A DNA stretch of 64,000 nucleotides from assembly GCA_036253495.1 (NCBI GenBank), contig GCA_036253495.1_4125.1. One strand, written 5' to 3'. Source of the DNA: a phage. Position numbers and translations under genes: made by a program. Under the pieces are notes generated by a model. That model was given only the letters and a program-made list of their open reading frames with translations. It did no database searches and was not told the origin of the DNA. Positions 1 through 9,336 of the stretch are shown here, piece by piece; the stretch's first letter is position 1; each line of letters opens with the position of its first letter.

Positions 1-23
1 AGTACTGGGCAAGAACCAATAAT

Positions 24-1073
24 ATGCCGTCACTTATACTCGACAATGAACCGAAAAAAGGTTTTGCTATTGTTCAAAAATTGATTCACAGTGGGCGTGA
101 TACCTATTTTGTTTGTCGTCACCCAGAAGGATTTGAGTTCAATATCACTGCAAACAATATGCTGGACTTAATCACACACAATGATATCGTTAATGGTGTA
201 TTCCAAGATGCTATGTTCTTTAATAATAATCTTGAACTCATCAATGGTAATACAAAAACATTTGCTAAGATGCAAGAGAAGCAAGAAAAAGCTGAAGAAC
301 GTAAAAGCGTTGTTGGTGAGTTGAAAGTTGGTGATGGATTCCTTTATAACAAAAAAGAGTACTACTATTGTGGTCGCGTTCATGCTCTTTGTTTGAAGAA
401 AACTAAAGAATTCTCTTTACCTAACAAAAGTTCTTTCTATCATATGGTGTATTGTATCGCTGATGGTACATATGGTGTATGTGCAAGCCTTGACCGATAC
501 GAATTAACACCCAGAGCACTCCATAACGTTAAAACAACAATGGAAGCTGAAATTGTTAAAGCAAATGCGTATTTCAATACGTACCGAATGCGAACTGAGA
601 ACGCATTAGGTGAATGCAATAGACCAGTACTGATCAGTACTAAATCATTTAAAAGTACTGATATGAAAGTAAAATACACTGAAATCACTAAAGATGTTCT
701 TGTTAATGGTCGTTTCAATGAAAACGTATTATTCATGACTGAACAGAATGGTCAAAAATATCGTGTATTCTTTGGTATTTCAGATAACAACAGCAGAAAT
801 TCCTATGGATATTATCGCCATGATTATTCTATAGCGTACAAGGGTGATTTTGAAAAATACTGCGGATACCCAGTGGAAGTTGATGCGAATGGTGTAATGT
901 CAATGGATGTTGATATCGATGAACATACATCTTTCAATACATGGCGTGGTTATAATTCACCTTTCTATCCACCAACCAAACGATACAGTAATAATACATC
1001 AGAATCTAATAAAAAACCTATGGTTCATATTAGCACTGACTGTCCTATTTTTTATGGAACCTATTATCTATAA
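24..1073 (+). CDS. hypothetical protein (349 aa)
   Basis: Long ORF with ATG start, ends 10 nt before ligase gene; no recognisable motif. Confidence 0.5.
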   Translation: MPSLILDNEPKKGFAIVQKLIHSGRDTYFVCRHPEGFEFNITANNMLDLITHNDIVNGVFQDAMFFNNNLELINGNTKTFAKMQEKQEKAEERKSVVGELKVGDGFLYNKKEYYYCGRVHALCLKKTKEFSLPNKSSFYHMVYCIADGTYGVCASLDRYELTPRALHNVKTTMEAEIVKANAYFNTYRMRTENALGECNRPVLISTKSFKSTDMKVKYTEITKDVLVNGRFNENVLFMTEQNGQKYRVFFGISDNNSRNSYGYYRHDYSIAYKGDFEKYCGYPVEVDANGVMSMDVDIDEHTSFNTWRGYNSPFYPPTKRYSNNTSESNKKPMVHISTDCPIFYGTYYL

Positions 1074-1082
1074 GGGAATATA

Positions 1083-2501
1083 ATGAGCATTTTAGCAATT
1101 CTGGAACAAATCAAAAAGACTTCAAGTACACTTGGTAAGAAAGCAATCCTTGAAGAAAACAAAAACAATGAAACACTCAAAAAAGTACTGAAATATACGC
1201 TAGACCCTACTATCGTAAGTGGCTATAAGAAGCTACCAGACGCTACTGACGTGTATCAACATATGACGTTAGATGAAGCTATTGATAAGCTAGAATGCAT
1301 CTATAAGCGTGGTGTGACGGGTAATACAGGGCGTGATTTCATTGCTTCAGTACTAGGTTCTGTTTCCGACGATGACCAGGAAGTTCTCCGTAAAATGCTC
1401 ACGAAGAACCTTGATTGTGGTATTCAGGAAAAGAACTGTAATGATGTATTCGGTAAAGGCTTCATTAAAGATGAACCTTATATGCGTTGTTCATTGATTG
1501 ACAAGAAAACTGCTAAGAACATCAACTTCAAAGATTATGGTTATGCAGTCGCTGAGCATAAATTAGATGGGATGTATATGAACCACGTTGTTATCAATGC
1601 ATCATTAACATCCACTTCCCGTAATGGTAAGATTTATGACTTCCTCGGTTGTCGTGATGCTGAAATGGCTGGCCTTGCTCATCATATCCAAAGTACAGAT
1701 GAACGTTTCAGTAGTGGTGTAGTCTTTATGGGTGAGGGTTTAGTACTGGATACTGATGGGGAAACTATTCTTCCACGTACAACTGGTAACGGCATCATTC
1801 AGAAAGCTGGTAAGGATACTATCACCCAAAACGAAGCAATGCGTACTGTATTTGTACTATGGGATGTAGTGCCATACGATGCATATTGTGATGGTATCTG
1901 GGATGTAAAACGTAAGGAACGTCGCGAGATTCTCGAAGGTGCAATCAATGCATTAGGTAGTGAATTCGTGCGTATGGTTGGATATCGTAAGGTGAAGGAT
2001 CTCAAAGAAGCCTTTGCTTACAACTCTGAACTCATGAGTTCAGGTGAAGAAGGTTCAGTACTGAAATGTGAAGATGGTATCTGGAAATCTCATACTTCTC
2101 CTAAGCAGTTGAAAATGAAATTGAAAATGCAACTGGACTTGCGTATTGTTGGTTTCAATGAAGGTGAAGGTAAGCGTAAAGGTATGCTTGGTTCTTTACA
2201 ACTCGAAAGTGCTTGTGGTACACTGAAAGTAAGTGTTGGAACAGGCATTAAAGAGAAAGACGCTGAATGGACATTTAAAACCATTTGGGAAAGAATGCAA
2301 GAACTCATTGGCAAAGTTGTTACAATAGAGTGCAATGACGTAGTATATGATAAGCGTACTGGTGAGCCATCACTATTTTTACCAGTGTTTATTGAATTTA
2401 GATTTGACAAAAACACGTGTGACGATTATACTCGTATTTTAGAAATTCGCGAGAGTGCAGTTGAAGTGTTCTCTAACAGTATTATTGAATCAATTTCGTA
2501 A
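1083..2501 (+). CDS. ATP-dependent DNA ligase (T4 gp30-like)
   Basis: 472 aa; adenylation motif KxDG (AEHKLDGMY); N-terminus resembles T4 DNA ligase as recalled from memory; SD AAGGGA upstream. Confidence 0.88.
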   Translation: MSILAILEQIKKTSSTLGKKAILEENKNNETLKKVLKYTLDPTIVSGYKKLPDATDVYQHMTLDEAIDKLECIYKRGVTGNTGRDFIASVLGSVSDDDQEVLRKMLTKNLDCGIQEKNCNDVFGKGFIKDEPYMRCSLIDKKTAKNINFKDYGYAVAEHKLDGMYMNHVVINASLTSTSRNGKIYDFLGCRDAEMAGLAHHIQSTDERFSSGVVFMGEGLVLDTDGETILPRTTGNGIIQKAGKDTITQNEAMRTVFVLWDVVPYDAYCDGIWDVKRKERREILEGAINALGSEFVRMVGYRKVKDLKEAFAYNSELMSSGEEGSVLKCEDGIWKSHTSPKQLKMKLKMQLDLRIVGFNEGEGKRKGMLGSLQLESACGTLKVSVGTGIKEKDAEWTFKTIWERMQELIGKVVTIECNDVVYDKRTGEPSLFLPVFIEFRFDKNTCDDYTRILEIRESAVEVFSNSIIESIS

Positions 2502-2515
2502 CGGATGATAATATC

Positions 2516-3592
2516 ATGATTGACAATGCTATTATACAAAGTGTGAATTTATTTTTATCAAGTGATGCATTGTCAATCTCTAATACTATTTGGAAAGAGA
2601 AATACAAATGGCTTCCAGAAAATTTTAGTTTTGATATGCTGGAAACTGATTCGTATAGTGAAAATAATAACAATATTCATGGTTTTGTCCGAACTGGTAA
2701 AAATGGATATACAAAAATGTATTTTCATAGTTGTGATGTTTGTAAACAAGATTCGTCATTGCACGGTCTTGGTATTTTCGCATCTGTACGAAGTAATTTG
2801 GAAAAAGGTATAGTTGCATGTGATTGTTCCATAACTTCAAAACTAACAAAATATCAATATATTGCTAAAATTTATAAAAAATGTTTGGAACTTGGATACG
2901 AATTTATTGGATTTAATGAGGATTGGGAATCAACACAGCCAAAAGGACTAATCCATCTAAAATTATCATGTAATATTCATGGATTATGGAATACAACAAC
3001 AATTGATAATTTACTGTTCCACTCTAAAGGTTGTAAGGAATGTGGGAGACGTAAAATCAGCCAAGCTAGAACAATTGGAGATGAATTCCATATAAATGAG
3101 TTTTTCAAAACAGGTAAATTTAGTAAAGGTAGTAAGTTTTGGCGTTCTGACCGTTTGAATACTTATGGTTACAAGAATTATTGGTTTTATGAATGTTCAG
3201 TATGTCATATGGTAGTTGAATCACAGATTGGTAACCTAAAGGATGGAAAAGTACCATGTTTATGTAATGGAAACATCCAACAACAATGCTATATAAATTT
3301 AGTACTTGACAATAATATTCCAATTGCATTAAAATATGGTATAGCAAACAACTTCACAACGAGAGAAAAATCTCAAAATAAGCATTCAATCTATGATATT
3401 GTAAACAGTGGTGTTTGGGAATTTGAAACAGTATCATTGTGTAAATCAGCAGAAGCGGAATGTAAGAGAATTTTCTCACCAGTACTTGAAGCTCGTGAAA
3501 TGAAAGATGGATATACGGAAACTACATCACCATTAGATATTGACAAAATCATTGAAATATATGAGAATTGGGGTGGTGTGCGAATAAAATAA
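2516..3592 (+). CDS. hypothetical Cys-rich protein with several CxxC/CxC motifs
   Basis: 358 aa ORF; repeated C-x2-C and HG-containing segments suggest zinc-ribbon modules; function unknown. Confidence 0.5.
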   Translation: MIDNAIIQSVNLFLSSDALSISNTIWKEKYKWLPENFSFDMLETDSYSENNNNIHGFVRTGKNGYTKMYFHSCDVCKQDSSLHGLGIFASVRSNLEKGIVACDCSITSKLTKYQYIAKIYKKCLELGYEFIGFNEDWESTQPKGLIHLKLSCNIHGLWNTTTIDNLLFHSKGCKECGRRKISQARTIGDEFHINEFFKTGKFSKGSKFWRSDRLNTYGYKNYWFYECSVCHMVVESQIGNLKDGKVPCLCNGNIQQQCYINLVLDNNIPIALKYGIANNFTTREKSQNKHSIYDIVNSGVWEFETVSLCKSAEAECKRIFSPVLEAREMKDGYTETTSPLDIDKIIEIYENWGGVRIK

Positions 3593-3604
3593 CTGGAGGT
3601 GATT

Positions 3605-4396
3605 ATGAAATTTGTTGTAACGTCAGACGTACACGGTGGCACTGATTACCTCCATAGTGGTGATTACAGTGATACAGTACTGATCATTGCAGGGGACTTT
3701 GATGAAGCTAAACGCAGTCGTTATCGTACTGGTATCGAATCCCTGTGCAAGCAGTTCAAGAATGTAGTACTGGTTCCTGGCAACCACGAGTACTACGGTT
3801 CAAACATTCACAAGACTAATAAAGTTCTGTCCGATATGCAAGATGAGATTCCAAATTTCATCTTTTTGCAAAACAAATTTGTATGGCTGGATGGTGTCCT
3901 GCTCGTTGGTAGTACTCTGTGGACAGACTTTGACAAAGGTAATTCCATGACGAAGTTTGATGCTCGTCAGAAGATGAACGATTACAAACATATTCGTCAT
4001 GGAACAACATCCGAGCCTTGGCGTAAGAAACTGACACCCGAAGATACTGAGTTCATGCATCACAAAGATAAACAATTTATCAAAAATTCAGTTGACACAG
4101 TACGCTTAATGCAGGATAATGATTTCAAGGTCATCGTGATTACCCATCACGCACCGAGTTTTCAAAGTGTTTCGCCAAAATATAAAAACGATTCACTGAA
4201 TGGTTGTTACTGTTCAGACATGGATCAGTACATTGAAGATTTGGGTGCTGATGTTTGGATTCATGGTCATGTTCATAGTAGCTTTGATTACCACATCGGT
4301 AAGACACGTATCATTTGTAATCCAAGAGGTTACGAATCTTATAGTGGAGCTTGTGAGAATTTCGATTACAATCCCAAATTGGTATTCGAAATCTAA
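3605..4396 (+). CDS. calcineurin-like metallophosphoesterase
   Basis: Motifs DVHGG, GDFDE, GNHEY, GHVH in canonical order; ATG at 3605 is 5 nt after GGAGG (track start 3599 is GTG). Confidence 0.75.
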   Translation: MKFVVTSDVHGGTDYLHSGDYSDTVLIIAGDFDEAKRSRYRTGIESLCKQFKNVVLVPGNHEYYGSNIHKTNKVLSDMQDEIPNFIFLQNKFVWLDGVLLVGSTLWTDFDKGNSMTKFDARQKMNDYKHIRHGTTSEPWRKKLTPEDTEFMHHKDKQFIKNSVDTVRLMQDNDFKVIVITHHAPSFQSVSPKYKNDSLNGCYCSDMDQYIEDLGADVWIHGHVHSSFDYHIGKTRIICNPRGYESYSGACENFDYNPKLVFEI

Positions 4397-4404
4397 GGAT
4401 TACT

Positions 4405-4800
4405 ATGATATATACATTGCATACAAAAGACAAAATGATCGTAATCAATGGAAGTACTCGTATGTTCCAAAGATATGGTATGCGTCTAGTGACTTATTGT
4501 GATAAAGTTCAATTCTATGATGATAAGAAAGGAATCAATTCAGTACTGAAAGATAGGTATCACTATAGTCGTGATATCCAGAGAGCAGATGATTTGGATT
4601 CTTTTAGTGGTAAAGTGTACGTTGTTGTTTGTGATGATAGTAAAGGTGATGTGTTACCTTTCAGTACTTTTGCATGTAATATGTTCTTTAGAAATGAACT
4701 CCCTGATTCATTCAGAATGATTGAGGTTGATTTTGATACCATACCGTGTGGAATTCGTTTAGAATTTCTTAACGCACTGGTATCAATTAGGGAGTACTGA
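4405..4800 (+). CDS. hypothetical protein
   Basis: 131 aa ORF, SD AAGGA upstream. Confidence 0.5.
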   Translation: MIYTLHTKDKMIVINGSTRMFQRYGMRLVTYCDKVQFYDDKKGINSVLKDRYHYSRDIQRADDLDSFSGKVYVVVCDDSKGDVLPFSTFACNMFFRNELPDSFRMIEVDFDTIPCGIRLEFLNALVSIREY

Positions 4801-5183
4801 TGAAACTTATTACTGTGTACACAATTGTATATAATAACGAAATCAAGTACGTGTTAAATGCAAACTTACACCACACTAGAGGTGAAACAAAGTTACAACA
4901 GAACAGTACAGAAATCTCTCACTACTGGCTGGATGATGATTCAGTTGAAGTGTATATTGATGGTCGTGCTGAATACTATGATGCAGTTTTCTTTGAAGAT
5001 TTAGATAAATCGAACGAATTCTTCATTTATGTCAGTACTGACCAATATTATACGCATTCTTTGTTTGACATTACCAACACTTCTGTGTATGATACAGGTA
5101 TGGTTAGGTTACTGAAGATAGACCCAACTCTGTACAACAAAGAAACAATTTACGGTTTACTAGATTTTACAAGAAAATTGTAG
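4800..5183 (+). CDS. hypothetical protein
   Basis: 127 aa ORF, start overlaps upstream stop (TGATG). Confidence 0.5.
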   Translation: MKLITVYTIVYNNEIKYVLNANLHHTRGETKLQQNSTEISHYWLDDDSVEVYIDGRAEYYDAVFFEDLDKSNEFFIYVSTDQYYTHSLFDITNTSVYDTGMVRLLKIDPTLYNKETIYGLLDFTRKL

Positions 5184-5243
5184 ACAAATACGAACACTGT
5201 GATATAATACTCACATCAATGAAACAATAGAGGAAAATATACA

Positions 5244-5939
5244 ATGACTCAACAATTTATGTTTGGTGGTTATGCGAATGGTGAAACAACTAACATTTCA
5301 ATTCCATATGTAGTTGAAAAAGTTAATGGCAACGAACGTACTTATGATCTAGCATCTCGTATGATGCAAGACCGTATCATTTTCCTTGATACTGATTTCA
5401 ACGACCAGATGGCACATATCATCAAGCAACAATTGGTGTGGTTGGATTCTCAAGGTTCTGAACCAATTACTCTTTATATTTCCTCGCCGGGTGGTAGTGT
5501 TCATGCAGGTTTGGGTATTTCTGATATTGCTAAATCTTGTGTATCACCAATCCGCACAGTAGTGATGGGTTATGCAGCATCAATGGGTTGCTACACACAA
5601 TCAGTAGTTGGTACTAAAGGTTATCGTCTTGGTGGTAAACGCTCGTACTTTATGTGTCACCAAGTAAGTTCTGGTACACAAGGTCTGATCACTGATCAGA
5701 AAATTGCACTAAAACACTCTGATGCATTGAACACATTGCTGACGAAAGAAATCGCTGAAGCTGTAGGTGTTTCTCATGAAAAACTACTAGAAGATGCGGA
5801 CCGCGATTTGTGGTTGAGTGCAGATGAAGCACTTGAGTATGGTGAACTTGGATTTATCGATGGTATTATCCTTGGTCCACGTAATGAAAAAGGTCAATAC
5901 CTAGTTAAACGTCGCGGTGGCGTGGAAGAGTGGGTATAA
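5244..5939 (+). CDS. clpP: ClpP-family serine protease
   Basis: ClpP signature ISSPGGSVHAGLGI, catalytic Ser in GYAASMG, His in FMCHQ, Asp in DADRD; extended -10 promoter-like TGaTATAAT upstream. Confidence 0.78.
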   Translation: MTQQFMFGGYANGETTNISIPYVVEKVNGNERTYDLASRMMQDRIIFLDTDFNDQMAHIIKQQLVWLDSQGSEPITLYISSPGGSVHAGLGISDIAKSCVSPIRTVVMGYAASMGCYTQSVVGTKGYRLGGKRSYFMCHQVSSGTQGLITDQKIALKHSDALNTLLTKEIAEAVGVSHEKLLEDADRDLWLSADEALEYGELGFIDGIILGPRNEKGQYLVKRRGGVEEWV

Positions 5940-5962
5940 TTCAGTACTAAAACTTAAAATAT

Positions 5963-5990
5963 ATTATGCCTCACTATGTGGGGCATTTTC
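5963..5990 (+). terminator. intrinsic terminator-like stem-loop (ATGCCTCAC-TAT-GTGGGGCAT then T-rich)
   Basis: Hairpin with G-U wobble followed by TTTTC; shares core CCTCACTATGTGGGG with 44562-44588. Confidence 0.45.
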
Positions 5991-6002
5991 TAAGGAGTTA
6001 AA

Positions 6003-6296
6003 ATGTCAAAGAAACTTGTACGAAACTCTAGCACTGAAGAAGTTGAAATTCTTGATGATTCGGAATTCATCAGTACTGCACTAGAGCAGATCAGTACTCA
6101 AGCGTTAGCACTAAAAGACATTAAAGAATCAGAAGACCTACTGGTTGGTATGGCTGAAATTCTTGAATTGATGCAAGAAGTTCTTATGAAGAACAATATT
6201 AAACCAATTGATGCGGTGCAATATGCTGCAAATTTGCGAGCCGAACACGGTTCATTCAACGAGAAAAAAGCTGTCAGCACAGAAGATAAGGAATAA
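6003..6296 (+). CDS. hypothetical acidic protein
   Basis: 97 aa ORF with SD AAGGAG upstream. Confidence 0.45.
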   Translation: MSKKLVRNSSTEEVEILDDSEFISTALEQISTQALALKDIKESEDLLVGMAEILELMQEVLMKNNIKPIDAVQYAANLRAEHGSFNEKKAVSTEDKE

Positions 6297-6300
6297 TACA

Positions 6301-6747
6301 ATGGCTAATGAACAACACAAAGAAGGTTATGACGCGTTTAAAAACAAAGTAGTTTTTAACAATGAACAGCTAAAATCACAGCACCCACTATTCCGTCAAG
6401 GCTATCGTGCTGCACAAGCTGACGCAATGAAGAAAAACAATGTAACCTTCCCAACTACATTGTTTGATATTCCTAAACGTCCTGAAGTGTTTAAGGCTGA
6501 TTGGACTGATATTATGGCAGCAACTAAACGACCACGTTTTGCAAAACTACATACCGACGAAGGTAAATGGCTGCTAATGGGTATCATGAAAGCTGTTGAA
6601 AAACGTGCACATACTATTGTCCGTTATCGTGATGTTGTTACTATGGTAGATGAAGCATTTGATATTGTACTTCAGTACGGCTACGATGAAGGTGTATTAA
6701 CTGTTGAAGATTGTCAACAATATAACTATACACCGACCGAAAAGTGA
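6301..6747 (+). CDS. hypothetical protein
   Basis: ATG at 6301 immediately after upstream stop; track ORF 6208 begins inside previous gene, so internal ATG preferred. Confidence 0.5.
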   Translation: MANEQHKEGYDAFKNKVVFNNEQLKSQHPLFRQGYRAAQADAMKKNNVTFPTTLFDIPKRPEVFKADWTDIMAATKRPRFAKLHTDEGKWLLMGIMKAVEKRAHTIVRYRDVVTMVDEAFDIVLQYGYDEGVLTVEDCQQYNYTPTEK

Positions 6748-6795
6748 TTAAATAAATGGGAGTCATTGTACTCCCTTTTCGCATAGGTAAATTAT

Positions 6796-7149
6796 ATGAG
6801 TAAAGTTTACATTTCTGTTGATATGGATTATTCATCTGATCCTATATGGACTTCTAAAACAGGAGACTATTGGATTAATGATGATCTTGATGGATACAAA
6901 AAACTTTTTAGTGCAGGTTTAATGCATAGCTTGTATGTTTACCAGCAAATTTGGGAGGCATCCAATTGGAGTTCATATCTGTCACCATCGGATATGATAA
7001 ATGTGGAAGCACCTGGGATGTTTATGATCCAACAAGCATCACATATATTAAGTCAAGCTTGTGCAGTACAAATAAAGAAGGAGTTTCCTGACTGGCACGT
7101 CTTTTATTGGTGCGACGCAAGTAACACTAGGAAGGAGGTAATACTTTAA
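6796..7149 (+). CDS. hypothetical protein
   Basis: 117 aa ORF. Confidence 0.45.
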   Translation: MSKVYISVDMDYSSDPIWTSKTGDYWINDDLDGYKKLFSAGLMHSLYVYQQIWEASNWSSYLSPSDMINVEAPGMFMIQQASHILSQACAVQIKKEFPDWHVFYWCDASNTRKEVIL

Positions 7150-7658
7150 TGATCTTTAAAATCACTAAAGAAAGCAGTATTGAGTTCTCAAAAAATATGT
7201 TTTTAATAAATGAGTACGCAAAAAATATCAGTACTGAAGCAATAGAAATAACCAAGAAATGGTACGATAATTATTTGAATACAAGAAAATGGTATCATAA
7301 AATTAATGATTACCAGTGGTTTCTTACTACTATAACTGAGGGAGATGGACTAGTATTAAGATATAATTGTATGAATTTTAATTACATTGGACTTGATTTC
7401 AATTCAACAATTGTTGGTATGGATATTAAAAAAATTAGAAAATTAACATCAATCAATACTAAGGAAATATATGAAGAATCGGGTAAAGTTTGGGAAGCTG
7501 TAACATTTATGATTAAGCACTCGTCATTTATGTATAGAAATTATGATATTAGTATGGATTTACAAGGTCGTAATATCCCATATACTTTAGATGAAAAACA
7601 ATATCATCACATGAAAATGTGTGAAGAGATGGTTGAATCTTTAAAATTAAAGGAGTGA
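7149..7658 (+). CDS. hypothetical protein
   Basis: 169 aa ORF, start overlaps upstream stop. Confidence 0.45.
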   Translation: MIFKITKESSIEFSKNMFLINEYAKNISTEAIEITKKWYDNYLNTRKWYHKINDYQWFLTTITEGDGLVLRYNCMNFNYIGLDFNSTIVGMDIKKIRKLTSINTKEIYEESGKVWEAVTFMIKHSSFMYRNYDISMDLQGRNIPYTLDEKQYHHMKMCEEMVESLKLKE

Positions 7659-7659
7659 T

Positions 7660-8181
7660 ATGAACTATAATCAATTATCACAAGAAGATACTGATATTTG
7701 GCTAAAGAACGTAAACAATACGTTGGAACTTGTGCGACAATGTATTTCGGAAGCTGACCGTGTATCAGACGAAGCTAAAGAAAAAACATACAAACACTTT
7801 CACCGTAATATCTTCATGAAAATTTATGCACTTACTATGTATAATATGTACAAACCATCTGATATTTTTATTGGGTTGTATAGTGGGGCGATGTTCACAT
7901 TAGGTGGGATTTTTTCAGATACTGGTCGTACATTAGAACAAAACGAAAAAGATGTTATCGTGGCAGTTGATAAGATTATGAATAAGGAAGTGGATTTCAT
8001 TCTGGAAATCGTTCGTTGCTGGAATGTTTATAGCTCAAAACCATTTGACATTACACAGAAAGATATAGTAGACTATATGCGTATTTTACGTACACATCAG
8101 ATCTGTAAAGAACTATTAACCAATTTAGGGACATATGATGAAACATACAACGTGGTTGAAGATAGCCAGTGTCGTTGCTGA
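7660..8181 (+). CDS. hypothetical protein
   Basis: 173 aa ORF, SD AAAGGAG upstream. Confidence 0.45.
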   Translation: MNYNQLSQEDTDIWLKNVNNTLELVRQCISEADRVSDEAKEKTYKHFHRNIFMKIYALTMYNMYKPSDIFIGLYSGAMFTLGGIFSDTGRTLEQNEKDVIVAVDKIMNKEVDFILEIVRCWNVYSSKPFDITQKDIVDYMRILRTHQICKELLTNLGTYDETYNVVEDSQCRC

Positions 8182-8617
8182 GGAAAGTAAGTGTCTTTCC
8201 CAGAAAGTAGGTTGTGTTATTGTAAAGAATAACCGAGTATTGAGTACTGGATATAACGGTACACCATCAAAGCAACCTAACTGTTGTGATGTTAATAAAC
8301 ATCTCGTAAACAATGGTCAATTTCAAAATTGGATTGATGAAGATGCAAAACACTTACATCACGAGTGGAGCAACATTCATGAGATCCATGCGGAAATGAA
8401 TGCATTACTATATAGTTCACCACAAGAACGTCAGGGTGCAACACTTTACACCACACTCCAACCGTGCTATACTTGTTCTAAGTTAATCGCTGGTAGTGGT
8501 ATTTCTCGTGTAATTTACGAAAAATCGTATCCTCGCACTCCACCAGAAGCTATTAAAGTACTGGAAGATGCTGGGATTATTGTAAATTGTATCTATGATA
8601 ATGGACTCAATAAATGA
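8138..8617 (+). CDS. cd: dCMP deaminase
   Basis: Zinc-binding deaminase motifs HAEMNAL and PCYTCSKLI; N-terminus MKHTTWLKIASVVAEESKC resembles T4 Cd as recalled. Confidence 0.8.
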   Translation: MKHTTWLKIASVVAEESKCLSQKVGCVIVKNNRVLSTGYNGTPSKQPNCCDVNKHLVNNGQFQNWIDEDAKHLHHEWSNIHEIHAEMNALLYSSPQERQGATLYTTLQPCYTCSKLIAGSGISRVIYEKSYPRTPPEAIKVLEDAGIIVNCIYDNGLNK

Positions 8618-8874
8618 CAATGGTATATTTGTTTCTAGGTTGTATTGTTATATTTGTATTGTTTGCTATCTATTGTTTAGTTGATACTGATTATTCAATG
8701 CGTGGTAATAAGAATTATCAAGTACGTTTTTCCCCGCATAATAACAAGTACTACATTGTGAATGTTAGCCACACTACTGGTCGTGAAATGAAAGTAACTG
8801 GTAGATTTGGCTTTACAATTTACTATGATAACCAAATTGATGTTGATTATGTTGTTGAAAAGTTAAATAAATGA
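8614..8874 (+). CDS. small membrane protein
   Basis: 86 aa, N-terminal hydrophobic helix. Confidence 0.4.
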   Translation: MTMVYLFLGCIVIFVLFAIYCLVDTDYSMRGNKNYQVRFSPHNNKYYIVNVSHTTGREMKVTGRFGFTIYYDNQIDVDYVVEKLNK

Positions 8875-8875
8875 G

Positions 8876-8900
8876 AAAAGGAGCCTATGGCTCCTTTTTT
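8876..8900. terminator. bidirectional intrinsic terminator (GGAGCC-TATG-GCTCC, flanked by A-run and T-run)
   Basis: Perfect hairpin between convergent genes 8614-8874 (+) and 8902-9276 (-). Confidence 0.6.
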
Positions 8901-8901
8901 A

Positions 8902-9276
8902 TTATGCTTTTTTACGTAGGATGTATTGTCCATTATGTAATTTAATTTTGTGAATCATGTACATAGTGCAAAACCCTTCAATACCTGCTTCTTCATCTTT
9001 CAATTTAATGAAGAAAGTATTATCTCTTAGGCTTTCTACAAGGCTTTCATCTGAATCTTCGAAATTCATGATATATGAATCTTTATTTCTATACACCATC
9101 TGAACATATTCATAAACCTTACCGCTTTCATCGATTAGATCATAAGTATGTGCTGAACGTTGTTTTAAAATATATAGTTTACCAAGAATAGCTGCTCCAT
9201 TAATTTTAGCACCAGTAATTTCGATACCATTAATAGAAAAAGGAAGTCTTCCGGTTAATGCAATTGGTTTACCCAT
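8902..9276 (-). CDS. paralog A of inverted cassette (shared N-terminal domain only)
   Basis: Shares LPF-x-I-GG-I, AKI-GxxL, LY-x-QRS-x-YDLI, IKL-NG motifs with the two neighbours; start set at MGKPIALTG by paralog alignment (track ORF extends to 9318). Confidence 0.5.
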   Translation of the reverse strand: MGKPIALTGRLPFSINGIEITGAKINGAAILGKLYILKQRSAHTYDLIDESGKVYEYVQMVYRNKDSYIMNFEDSDESLVESLRDNTFFIKLKDEEAGIEGFCTMYMIHKIKLHNGQYILRKKA

Positions 9277-9336
9277 TATTATTATACTTCTCCAAGTAAA
9301 GTGCATGATAATTTTCATGCACTATATTATTAAAAA

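Noticed and set aside
168-736. Minus-strand ORFs 168-383 and 440-736
   Set aside because: They are antisense to a long + strand ORF, have hydrophobic low-complexity translations typical of AT-rich antisense frames, and lack start signals.
2562-2813. Alternate-frame + strand ORF inside the Cys-rich protein gene
   Set aside because: It is fully embedded in a longer ORF with better start context and has low-complexity hydrophobic composition.
6208-6300. N-terminal extension of ORF 6208-6747
   Set aside because: The extension lies wholly inside the preceding gene in another frame; an ATG at 6301 immediately follows the upstream stop.
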